From Plasmodiophora brassicae (Eukaryota), in NCBI GenBank assembly GCA_036867785.1, contig CP145424.1, forward strand, positions 496,001 through 560,000: a stretch of DNA of 64,000 nt, read 5' to 3'. This document shows positions 1 to 10,700 of the stretch, in pieces (the first letter of the stretch is position 1; every line of letters begins with the position of its first letter). The translations under genes were made by a program, and so were the position numbers. The notes beneath the pieces are model-generated. The model saw nothing but the letters and a program-made list of their open reading frames with translations, was not told the origin of the DNA and ran no database searches.

Positions 1-741
1 GGCACCGTCGAAACGGAGCGACGCCGTGACAGACGAAATGCACTGCGCGATCAGACGGTTCAGGTTCGTGTACGTCGGGCGCTCAATGCCGAGGTTGCGA
101 CGGCAGATGTCGTACAGGGCCTCGTTGTCGACCATGAACGCGACATCGGAGTGCTCCATCATGGCGTGGGCGCACAGAACCGAGTTGTACGGCTCGACGA
201 CGGCCGTGGAGACCTGCGGCGACGGGTAGACGGCGAACTCGATCTTGGACTTCTTGCCGTAGTCGACCGACAGACGCTCGAGCAGCAGCGAACCGAAACC
301 ACTGCCGGTACCACCACCGAAGGCGTGGAAGATCATGAAGCCCTGCAGACCCGTGCAGTTGTCGGCCAGCTTGCGCAGGCGGTCGAGAACGAGGTCGATG
401 ACTTCCTTGCCGATCGTGTAGTGACCACGGGCGTAGTTGTTGGCGGCGTCCTCCTTGCCGCTGATCAACTGCTCCGGGTGGAACAGCTGACGGTACGTGC
501 CCGTGCGGACCTCATCGACGACGGTCGGCTCGAGGTCGACCATGACCGTACGCGGGACGTGCTTGCCGGCACCGGTCTCGGAGAAGAACGTGTTGAACGC
601 GTCATCGCCACCGCCGATCGTCTTGTCCGACGGCATCTGCCCATCGGGCTGGATGCCGTGCTCGAGGCAGAACAGCTCCCAGCAGGCGTTACCGGTCTGG
701 ACACCGGCCTGGCCGATGTGGATCGTGATGCACTCACGCAT
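1..741 (-). CDS. TUBA: alpha-tubulin (5' part; runs off window start)
   Basis: Reverse strand from ATG at 741 reads [64 protein letters not shown]...GGGTGSG; no intron in the visible part. Confidence 0.98.
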   Translation of the reverse strand, partial: MRECITIHIGQAGVQTGNACWELFCLEHGIQPDGQMPSDKTIGGGDDAFNTFFSETGAGKHVPRTVMVDLEPTVVDEVRTGTYRQLFHPEQLISGKEDAANNYARGHYTIGKEVIDLVLDRLRKLADNCTGLQGFMIFHAFGGGTGSGFGSLLLERLSVDYGKKSKIEFAVYPSPQVSTAVVEPYNSVLCAHAMMEHSDVAFMVDNEALYDICRRNLGIERPTYTNLNRLIAQCISSVTASLRFDGA

Positions 742-1071
742 GGTGGCGGTCGACGAGGAACGGAAGCGACGCTAGGTGCCGGGTCCGATCGTAGCGATCT
801 GTGCGGTGGAGCGAGGCGAGCGGACGGGCGCTGACACACGCGCACCCAAACACACAAAAACGCAAATGATGCGGCCAGTCACAGATTCCCCCGCCACGGG
901 GGGTGCGAGCGCGCGCGCGCGCTCCCGGGGTACGGTACCACCCGCGGTCGCATGTCCGAGCTCGGATTCGCTGGCGTCCCCAACCCCCTGCCAACACCCT
1001 TGCTGACTCCCTGTGCGCCCGCTGATTTTTTCCGGGGGCGCCGCGGCCGCGCACTCGCCCCCTTGGAGATC

Positions 1072-1531
1072 CGGACGGGGAGGCGATGGCGCCCTGGAAC
1101 AGGCCGACGAGGGCGGCGATGCGCTCGGAGAGCTGCCCGTCCATGGCGATGGTAAAGTGGCAGCCGTCGAACAGGGCCTGCAGCACGGCGATGACATGAG
1201 CGGGTACGCCTCGTCTCCGCAGCTTCGAGTACACGTGGACGCGGCGGGCGCTGTCGTACGCCTTCCTCATGTCGAGGAGGACCTCGATCAGGGGCTTGCG
1301 ACGCGACCACCCATACGGCTTCCGGGACGCCGATCCCTCGCCGGGACCCGAACTGCAGGTAGTGCATCTGGAGCCACCCCTTCAGGTGCATGTACGTGAT
1401 CAGACACGTCTCATACGCCTTCCTGAGGTGGGACTGCAGCGCGATGCCGTGCCAGTTGGACGGGTCAGCCGGCTCGGTGTTGCGCTTGTGGACGGGCACA
1501 ACGAGCGCCGACCGCCATTCAGACGGCACGA
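1072..1531 (-). mobile_element. non-LTR retrotransposon reverse transcriptase fragment (N-terminal RT subdomains, no YADD), frameshifted
   Basis: VPSEWRSALVVPVHKR..DPSNWHGIALQSHLRKAYE..QFGSRRG, then LLDMRKAYDS..GLFQGAIASP; these are LINE-type RT motifs; ~26-nt deletion near 1307. Confidence 0.85.
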
Positions 1532-1904
1532 GCTGCAGTCCCACCTCAGGAAGGCGTACCAGACGTGCCTCATCACGTACATGCACCTGAAGGGGTGGCT
1601 CTAGATGCACTACCTGCAGTTCGGGTCCCGGCGAGGGATCGGCGTCCCGGAAGCCGTATGGGTGGCGGACGAGCTCACCGCCCACTGGGCGTCGCGTCGC
1701 AAGCCCCTGATCGAGGTCCTCCTCGACATGAGGAAGGTGTACCACAGCGCCCGCCGCGTCCACGTGTACTCGAAGCTGCGGAGACGAGGCGTACCCGCTC
1801 ATGTCATCGCCGTGCTGCAGGCCCTGTTCGACGGTTGCCACTTTATCATCGCCATGGACGGGCAGCTCTCCGAGCGCATCGCCGCTCTCGTCGGCCTGTT
1901 CCAG
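1094..1904. repeat. long inverted repeat (arms ~1094-1440 and ~1532-1904, spacer ~91 nt) made of RT sequence
   Basis: Reverse-complement match read by eye at both arm ends (ctggaacaggccgacga.../...tcggcctgttccag and ...gtgggactgcagc/gctgcagtcccac...). Confidence 0.95.
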
Positions 1905-2140
1905 ACCCTTCTGCCTCGCGGGCATCTTTCCGCTCCATATCGACAAGGTTTCCCTAGACAGTATGCTGCGAACAGATGCGATGTGATCATTCGCTACCGA
2001 TTACATACATGGGGAACGCAGTTGCTCGTCGAATTGCAGAGGGGGCTCGTTCCAAACCAGCCAAGATTCTTCAGGTACGCAGGGGGGTATCCCGGTCGAT
2101 CCGGCACGGAGATGACCTTCTGCCTCATGTTGTATGGCTA

Positions 2141-3072
2141 ATGATGCCGGTCATCTCCCTCGTGGCTGTATGCCTGCTAGGCCTGAGCATGTTTCCTGTT
2201 GCCAGAGGTGCCATGCGCACTGCTCCTGGAACAACGACGTATGCCCTGTCAATCGCTCCGTTCGCCGGGTCTGGTATACTCAATCGTCGACAACGTCTAG
2301 GCTGTATTCGAGTGCTGTCGCAGACGGAGCCGTCGTGACCGGGTTCATGTTCACTACGCCGCTGCAGGCATCGACATGCCTCGACGCTGATGCGCAGGCG
2401 ATTGCCCAGCTGCGCGATGATATAGAAACCAGCACGGGCATCTCCAATACGCGCCTAGTCAACCTGGGCATAGCCTCGGAGGACGGGCCGCCTCAGGTCT
2501 GCGATCTTAACTTCATTATCTTGCCTCCAGATGGCCCATCCGCTATCACGACCGACCAGTTCAGGAGGTTCTTTGGGCCCACAAACGCGAAACTCATGTC
2601 CAACCCCATCATGTCAACAGCGTTGCAACCGATGCGGACAGTGGTCTCTGCCATGCTTGTCAAGAGGTGTGCTGGCGTTTACATCGAAGTTGGCGCGCCT
2701 TCGGATTCATGCCCAGATCAGCAAATTACACAGCCACAGGGGTGGCTGTCGATCGCGACCGTTATCGTGACCGGCCTCGTTGCCATCGGCGTCCTGCTCA
2801 TCGTCCTCGCCGTGATGCTCGCCAATCGCATGCGACCCTTCCTGTGGGGGGCGAAACCGGCCGTGGTCCGCGTCGAGCCGAATTTCGGGTTGGCGATGCC
2901 CCTGCCGAGCAACAAGGTCTACGACGACACGGGCAGGACGTTCATGTACCGGACGCCGGAGTTCCTCAAGAAGGCCATCGCGGGACGGAAAAAGCAAGAC
3001 AGGTACCAGCAGCAGCATTCGGACACGAACGTTGACAACTACCCTATCGCCATTATGAATGTAACGTCATAG
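2141..3072 (+). CDS. type I membrane protein, unknown function
   Basis: Signal peptide MMPVISLVAVCLLGLSMFPVARG; probable intron 2239-2300 (GTATGC..CTAG) joins it in frame to the 2134-3072 ORF; TM segment IATVIVTGLVAIGVLLIVLAVML. Confidence 0.7.
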
Positions 3073-3247
3073 AGCGGACATTTTGCCCAGACGGCCATGC
3101 TGCCCATGCAGTGCCTAACTGCACATGCCGCCGTGCAGTCTCCAGCAAAAAAAGGGCGTGCAGACATTGGTGGGATTTTTGGCGCGACAGGGACCGGGTA
3201 GGTAACGGCAGTGCAGCTGCAGCTGCACCAGGCCGTCATTTGGGATA

Positions 3248-4522
3248 ATGGCGTCGTGTCTGACGGTGGGGGCGGCGCTGCCGCACCTGATCGACCCGAT
3301 GTCGAGCCGGGCGCCGTCGTTCCAGGCGCTGCTGGACGGGGCGGGGCCGGCGTCGTCGATCGCCGCCGAGCCGGTCGTCTGGGCGAAGCGGCCCGTCCTG
3401 TCCATTGCGCAGTCGTGGACCATCGCCGCGTACCGCCGCGCCCGCCTTGACATCCGGGCGCAGTCGGGCCAGTCGGTGATTGTCGTTGGCGCGGATGCCG
3501 TCATCGTCCCCGATGATCGACATCGCATCCGTGTCGGTGTCGATCTCAACAACGATGAACGCGTCCGGGCGTCTTGCGAGATCGATCGACGCATTAACGA
3601 CGATCTTGTTGTAACGGTGGGCATTGACGACACGTTGTCACCTGTATTTCGAACCGGGTTCGTGCTGGACCCAAACGCGACCGTCTATGCATCGGTCTCT
3701 GCGGACGGGCGACTGGAATACGACTTTGTCGTTTCTAAACCCGACGGCCCACGGATTCGCCTCGGTGCCACGAATGCAGGTCAGGCGCGAGTCCACATCT
3801 CGTGGCCTTTACCAATGTACAATTGCCGCGGGTATGCCCGATTCGAACCTACTGCGTCGGAGGTCGGCCTGTCGTTGCGTGTCAATGACGCAACCCGGCT
3901 TCAGTTTGGCATTGAACGCCACCAAGAGTCGCTGTTCTCGGTCCGGTTTCGTTTCCGGTTCAAACATTTCGTGCTGTCATTGCCGTTTGCCGTCTCGGAC
4001 GAAATTATCGTGGTCGCTGCTCTAACGATCCCAGTCGTCGTGTTTTCTCTTTCGAAACTGTTGCAACGTCGACGAGGAAAACAGGCACGTGTTGATGTTC
4101 GCACGCGAATCGCGGCGTTTCTCGCCGTGCGCAAGGCGGCCCTGGATCAGCAGGACGCAATGGCTGCTGAAGCACGATCGCGAACGCAATCTGAACGAGA
4201 CGTCGACGGCCTCGTCATTTCGTCAGCAGTGTTCTACGTCGAATGCGATGACGACAAGCGCCAGATTGGGAAGGAATTTGCACCCGAATTGGATGTCACG
4301 ATACCTCTGCAGTTCTGGGTGACAGGATCCCAGTTGCACCTGACGACTGCCCCGAAACGGGACATGCTCGGCTTCTGCCGGCCGTTCTGCGTTGCTGGCG
4401 CCCGCAAACCTGCCATGCTCCGCGTCGAATACTACTGGAGGCGGCGGCTGCACAGATGCACGATCAGTGAACACGAGCCGCTCCACTTGCCCGACCCCAG
4501 ACATGAGGTCATCCGGGACTGA
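3248..4522 (+). CDS. DNAJC11: DNAJC11-like protein (beta-strand region, coiled coil, DUF3395-like C-terminus), no J domain visible
   Basis: C-terminal GLVISSAVFY..LDVTIPLQFWV..SQLHL..KRDMLGFCRP..LRVEYYWRRRLH..ISEHEPLHLP matches the DNAJC11 C-terminal pattern. Confidence 0.75.
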   Translation: MASCLTVGAALPHLIDPMSSRAPSFQALLDGAGPASSIAAEPVVWAKRPVLSIAQSWTIAAYRRARLDIRAQSGQSVIVVGADAVIVPDDRHRIRVGVDLNNDERVRASCEIDRRINDDLVVTVGIDDTLSPVFRTGFVLDPNATVYASVSADGRLEYDFVVSKPDGPRIRLGATNAGQARVHISWPLPMYNCRGYARFEPTASEVGLSLRVNDATRLQFGIERHQESLFSVRFRFRFKHFVLSLPFAVSDEIIVVAALTIPVVVFSLSKLLQRRRGKQARVDVRTRIAAFLAVRKAALDQQDAMAAEARSRTQSERDVDGLVISSAVFYVECDDDKRQIGKEFAPELDVTIPLQFWVTGSQLHLTTAPKRDMLGFCRPFCVAGARKPAMLRVEYYWRRRLHRCTISEHEPLHLPDPRHEVIRD

Positions 4523-4585
4523 CCAATATACGTCATTGTTGAGACCAGCGCGCTCGAACTAGCGCAGTGAATTCAACGCAGTCGC

Positions 4586-5623
4586 TCAATTCATTACGGC
4601 AGGTCTTTCCTGGAGGTACTCGCCACCGACGATATGCGCAAAGGCGATCAGGGCTGCCGTGATTAACGACAGCACGATCATGTAAGCCGACACGAAATAG
4701 GCCTTCGGACGGGCCGTTGACGTTTTCGTCCGGAAGTGGATGTAGCAAATGATGCTGAACACGAACAGGACAGGAATACGGATGCCGAGTCCGCCCCAAG
4801 GCCACATGCGGCCGCCAGGGCACACCGCATCCCAGGTGCGCATCAGCAATGATGAGCCTTTCACCAGCGTTAGTGCCTCATCGCGAGTCCACCCGGTCCA
4901 GTCAATGATCGACCGGACGATGCTGGCGTCATCGACGTCGTCGCCAAGATCGTCTCTCATGTGCGATGTCGCCATGGAGCGCGCCAGGCACACACTGGTG
5001 CCAATGGCCTCGTTCACGAAATCGACCACGCCCAGCATCGACGACATGGACATCACCCCGGTTAACATTGCACGTGAAACCTGCGACGCCATCCCCATAG
5101 CAGTTCCTAGAAGGTTTCGACGAAGCCTCGGTCTCCACGAACCGCTGGGCAACGTTTTAGGGCACGAGGACCTGGGGCACTCCCTAACAACAGCAACTTA
5201 CAGCGGAAGGCGGAAGGTGCCGCGGGGCATAAAATCCTGGCAGTACCGGATGTTGTTGGCCTCCATCTCGACATGAGCGGTGAACCAGCTGAACACGCTG
5301 TCGTACTCAGCGAGCGTGCCCAGGCGCACGCGACGAATCGCCTCCGCCTTGGCATCGTTCAGCCGCTTGAACAGGTCGTCGGCGTCATCGCCCAGGATCG
5401 CCCTGGCCTTATCCGGGTGCAGGCAAACGGCCGCCGCGCGAAACTCCTGGTCAATCTGACGAACGCGCTCGGACCGGTCCTGCCACGCCTTCACTGCGAT
5501 CCGACAGAACCGTTCCCTGTAGTCGACCTGGGCGGCCGCCTGGCACCCTGCCCCGTTGACGTACACGTCAGGCACGCGTGCGGCAACCGGCAGTATAAAC
5601 CCTACGCTTGGAGAAGGAAGCAT
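4586..5623 (-). CDS. J-domain-like protein with two C-terminal TM helices
   Basis: IDQEFRAAAVCLHPDKARAILGDDADDLFKRLNDAK (HPD motif); intron near 5147-5200; hydrophobic IPVLFVFSIICYI and AYMIVLSLITAALIAFAHI. Confidence 0.6.
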
Positions 5624-5827
5624 TGGCGGCTGCGCCCGCAGACGCTGATGCGAACAGGGCAAGTACGAATACGACGCTGGGCGCCAGTGCCAGCATCGCT
5701 GCGCTGGATTGCCGTACGGAGTAAAACCTGCCAGCTCGACGTGCCCCCCAGTTGCAGCTTCTCCGCTCAGTCAGTCACGCACCACCTCGTTAGGTCCACG
5801 CCGTTCGCGCTGTCGAATTTGGCGCTC

Positions 5828-6370
5828 ATGGTGGTGGGGCGGCCTGCGTCGTGGATATCCCTTCTCCTTATAGCTGTGCTGGTGGTGGTGGCCGGCCGTG
5901 CCGACAACCTGCCGAGGACACGGGGACGGCATCGATCGGTTGGCCGACGGGTGGCCGGCGGGCTCGCCGGCGCCGTCGTTGTCGGGGCTGCGATTCGAGG
6001 CATGCTTCGCAGGCGACATGTGTCGGGTCGTCCTGTCGCGACGACGACCACTCGGGCGCCGTCCGCGGACGATGCCCGGGGGCCCGCCTCGGTCGCTGTG
6101 CGGATCGCATCGATCGTATTCGGTCTGCTGGCCGCCATCCTGTCGGTCGGGGTCGTCTGCGCCTGCCGAACCCGTCAGCAGTACGCGATCCGGCGCGCTC
6201 GCGATAAGGGCTGGGCCGTGAAACGCGCTCGGCTATCGTACCACGGCCACCCGCCTCTCCCCGTCGTCGCCATCGACGACGACGACGACGACGACCCGCT
6301 GCAGCACGGTTTCCGCCCCACTATCGCTCCCCGGGCCTACGATCCCGATCTCCTACACCTGCTCAGATAA
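5828..6370 (+). CDS. small signal-peptide, membrane-anchored protein
   Basis: MVVGRPASWISLLLIAVLVVVAGRA N-terminus; TM IASIVFGLLAAILSVGVVCAC; poly-Asp tract. Confidence 0.6.
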   Translation: MVVGRPASWISLLLIAVLVVVAGRADNLPRTRGRHRSVGRRVAGGLAGAVVVGAAIRGMLRRRHVSGRPVATTTTRAPSADDARGPASVAVRIASIVFGLLAAILSVGVVCACRTRQQYAIRRARDKGWAVKRARLSYHGHPPLPVVAIDDDDDDDPLQHGFRPTIAPRAYDPDLLHLLR

Positions 6371-6440
6371 CGTCGCCCCCGATGTGTCAGTGCGTCGTCC
6401 TGTGTCTGGGCCCGGGCACGCTCGTTTAAATGGCACTCTG

Positions 6441-6998
6441 CTAGCTGTCCGGCTGCACCTTGACGTCGCCGATGGCGTCCGGGTGCTTCAGCTTCATGTG
6501 CAGATTCAGAGCCGGGGCCTACGACGACAGGCGGTTCGGAGGGCGCCACGTGCAGCGTCAATGGTGGTGGGCGTTCCATACCGATCCGTACGCCTTCTCG
6601 CACCCCTGGTACGTGCACGCGTACTTCCGATCCACCTAGACGATCGCGTCACGTGCCCGGATGGCGGTATACGACGACGGCTTGTGTACCTGGGACGCAA
6701 GCGCCCGTCTGCGCTTCCTGAACGGGTACGCCGGCGGGTAATACGAGCAGGCGATGACCGGGACTGGGCGCCCTGGCACGATCGTCGCCGCCGGGAACGA
6801 CAGGCCGTCGCGACTCATCGCGCCACTATACCCTGGGCCTGTCAACGGGTTCATCCGGACCCTGCCGACAGGGTCAGCGGCCACCCAGTCCAACAGGCGA
6901 GTTCCGGGTCGTCCTCACAGGGAACCGTCGTCGAAGTGCGCCTGGTCCTGGTAGACGGGAGTGGCGATGGACGGGAGCGGGTCGTCCGCCAGGGCCAT
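6441..6998 (-). CDS. C2H2 zinc-finger transcription factor (Con7-like single finger), 4 exons
   Basis: Splicing introns 6862-6918, 6636-6689 and 6519-6581 gives RKRRRALASQVDRKYACTYQGCEKAYGSAPALNLHMKLKH; start may be further upstream (~7056). Confidence 0.8.
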
Positions 6999-7747
6999 CG
7001 TCTCGCCAGGGACGAACACGGGAACCGAACAGGACGCGTGCGACGCAGACCATGACATCGTTAGGCACGACGCGTGACTCTTGGGATACCTGCTGTCGCA
7101 CGTCAAGAGGCCGGCTCGAGCACCGACCCAAGGCCCATCCCACATCAAGGTTGAACCGTACGCGGACGGTGCCGACGACAACGACCCTGCAGGCATGCGG
7201 GGGCCCGTTGTCCCTCTGCTGAAACCCGGGACCTGTTAGCCGATCGCGTTCCCGACGTACGCGATGCGACCGCTCACCTGGGCGAGTCGTCATTCAGCTT
7301 TGGCGCCGGGCGTGGCGTGCGGAACGCTGACCCGGCAGAGCACCCGATGGCTGGGCCGCGTCGCAGACTAGTCGCCATGACGTCCAGCACGACGACGAGT
7401 CGGCAGGGGAACGTCGCCGAATAAGCCTCTTTTAAACTGCGAATAAGCGCGCCCGGCGAGAAGGGTACGCGACCCGGGCGTATAAGTCCCACGAGTACGC
7501 CAGCGCGACGCTAGGGGACCGAGTCGTACGAGCGGGCGACGCCAACAACCAACCGTCTCCAGTCACACGGTATGACGGCGTGCGACCGTTCGACCGGTGA
7601 AGCGTCGCGCTAAACGGTTGCCCGCCTTCTTCGTGGTTGGCGCCAGACACTGCCCGCGCTACTCCCGGTCACAGATACGCCATGCAGCCAAATGGGGGAT
7701 AGGCACGTGACGGCGTATACAAGCCCGGACTGGCGGGCGATGGTGCC

Positions 7748-10700
7748 CTAGGGCGTCGCGGCCGCCTTGCGCAGCTGCTCGCTGACGTAGGCGATGCGGT
7801 CGACGACGATGGCGTCCACGCCGAACTTGCGGGACACCTCCAGGTTCCGGACGTCGTTGTTCGCCGAGCTCCACGTCGCTAGGACCAAGCCGGTCGCCTT
7901 GATCGTCGTGATGATTTTCGGTGCCTGTCGTCCGGTCAACACACACAACGGCAATCGCATCACGCGCGGCCCGCTCGCCTTCAGCAACGGGTCCGCATAC
8001 GACACGATGCCGACCAGGTTCTGGCGCTTGGCGAAACGGATCGCTTCGCGAATGGATTGGCCTGTGCGGTGTCGTGAGTTAGCGCGTGACGCGGGAACGC
8101 CATTCGCGAACCTCGTGGATCCCAGCAGGGCGAGGCGCCCGCCTCCGTCAGGAAGAACACGGGGTACGACGGCTGCTTCAGGCAGGTGATCGTGCAGATG
8201 TCCGGGTCGAATGACGAGAATATGATCCGACGCGACCCCGCATGGTCGAACACGGTCTGTTGTCGGGTTCATGTGAGACACAGCCGACACCACGCTGCGT
8301 GTTAGCCTGACCTTCAGGACCGCGTCCACGTAGTCGTTCCTGCTTGCATACTTGATGCCGATCTCAGCCTGCGTGATATCCGGGGGATACTTCAGTTCGA
8401 CGTTGAACCCGACGTGTTCTGGGACGTCCTTGAAACAGTCAGACAGCAGCGGGTACTTATCCTTGATCTCGAGCGCGATCGACTGGGAGCTCGCGCTCAG
8501 GCGCTGATGGTGCTTGTGCAAATCGACGTCATCCCGGGTCTTGAGCGGGCGGCCATGCGCACGCTGCCTTAATGTCAGGAACTGTTCAAGGGTAATTGCC
8601 GACACTGGTATAGGAGGAATCTGCAGAGATGCAGGAATCAGTTCACAACCGCGCCGGGCTCGTACGGGACGTACGCCTTTAGCATTCGGCAAGTGGAATG
8701 ACCAGTCGTGGTAGATAATCGGCACCAAGTCCCGGGTCAACTGGACGTCAAACCTATGCAACGTGTAAGCATCGCTGCGGCAATATCGGCGGTACTCTAG
8801 AAACCGACTCGATGTACTCTGCGCCAAGCGTGGCGGCTGTGACGAAGCTCAGGATGGTGTTTTCTTGAGTCTTCAGTCTAGCACCGTAGCGTGAACGATT
8901 GGCCATGACACATACCACCAGGGAGCAACCTTCTCGGTGCCTGCACTTGCTTCGAATAGTACTTGGTGGCACCCGCACCCCTATGCCCAATCAACTTCGT
9001 TGACTTACTGAAGCATCGCCCGAGGACGCTCTTCATATTGTCATGGATGAACGGCCGGATGACGAGAAATTCAAAACTAACGAGGCACCATGTCACGAAG
9101 TGATAGCGTTTGAGGTGGACGATCGGCTATACCTGCACTCTCCAACCGGGTTCGTGGACGCAGAGCCGAACAAGGGGATTGTGGTACGACCCTATGGAGA
9201 CGTATCAGACGCAGCAGAGAAACGAAAACACACGTTGCACCGACTTCGCCTTCCATCAACAGCGCACTGGACATGACGGCACCTGATCCCAGGCGAAATC
9301 CTTTCCCACAGAACACGTCGAACACAACGCAGAACTCTGGCAGCTCGCCCTTCTGAGGTCTGATCTGTTGTCGTTCAGTCGATTACCAATGGGTCTGCAT
9401 GTCGTTCACAGAGCAATCAGTGCACCTGGAACGTGATATTCTCCATGACGTCTTGCATGGGCAACGGTACGTGACGGGTTGTCTTACGGCCCATCGCGAC
9501 GTATCCAACATTGATGAGGTCAGGTGTTTCAAGGCCGAATATTCGCACACAGGGCTTGCTCTTTTCGCCAGTGACGTGTCCGAGCCGAATGTGGAGCTGA
9601 TGGTCAGAGACCAACCATCCCTGACTGGTCCACATCTCGCCCGCGTCCACCCCGTGCTGATACCCGAAGAACCCATCATCGATAATGTTCACAGCATGCA
9701 TCGATGCCTCAAACTTGTGATGCGATGCGTTAGACGAGTGCCTAGCTTGACCGGCAAGAGATTACTTACAACGCGATTCACTGGCAGAACTTCCCAAACT
9801 TCAAGAACATCTTGCGCCATGATCAGGTACTGTGCAATGGGCGCCACTCAGAACGCTGGAGGAAGATCTGCAGATGTCCACGTACCTTGTACTCCAAGCG
9901 GCTGCTGTACGGGACGTAGAGCGTCACTGTCCAGGTTGACAGCTCGTTCTCAGTGGAATCTGGACGCGTGCAGTTAGCCATTGCTCATACGGACTACCAT
10001 CTCAGCTACCGGTAACGTCAGCAGGGACGTCAACCAAGAGTGTCGGGTCAACCTGATCCATTCGGATCGATCGAAATGGGTCCCATGACCTGAACCGGAA
10101 ACGTTAATGTCGGGCACTGCAACCTTGACGAGGAACATGTCGGACCCTGCGAAACTTTGGTTCCCACAAATGCAGACGTATCGTTGCGGTTGGACTCGAG
10201 CACGAACTCGGAACGTCACCTGACGATTAATGAGATGCGACACCAAACTGGAACCCGTAGCAACACAACCTTGCATGCCGCAGTGGGACTGATGTCAGAA
10301 CCTGACAACCTGGCTGTAGACGAATGTCGATGCGGTTCTCCGACAACAATATGCTCGTCTTCGACAGGGACCTTGACGAACGCGGATCAGCTCCCATGAG
10401 AGACATGACAGAGTGATGGTACCTCGGTGTGAACTGGAGCACTTTCTGCATACTTTCGCGCCTTGCTCACTTCTTTCCTTGATGTTGGCGTGAGGTCTTC
10501 GTCGTTGGGTTCTGGAAACAATGACGCCAGCTCGAGGTGCCCGCAGTACAGCGAATAGTCACGAGGCGTCCACCCGAACCGGTCCCTTGCGTGGCTGTTC
10601 GCGCCGATTTCCAATAACATCTATTCATTCATCAGATATCCTTATTTCGCATGACGTCGGTATTACGCCTGACCTTGACGGACGTCTCTCTGCCGTAGTA

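Noticed and set aside
151-834. 227-aa plus-strand ORF
   Set aside because: Antisense shadow of alpha-tubulin caused by strong codon bias
879-1946. 355-aa minus-strand ORF as a real gene
   Set aside because: Chimeric read-through of the inverted repeat; only the central part is in the RT frame
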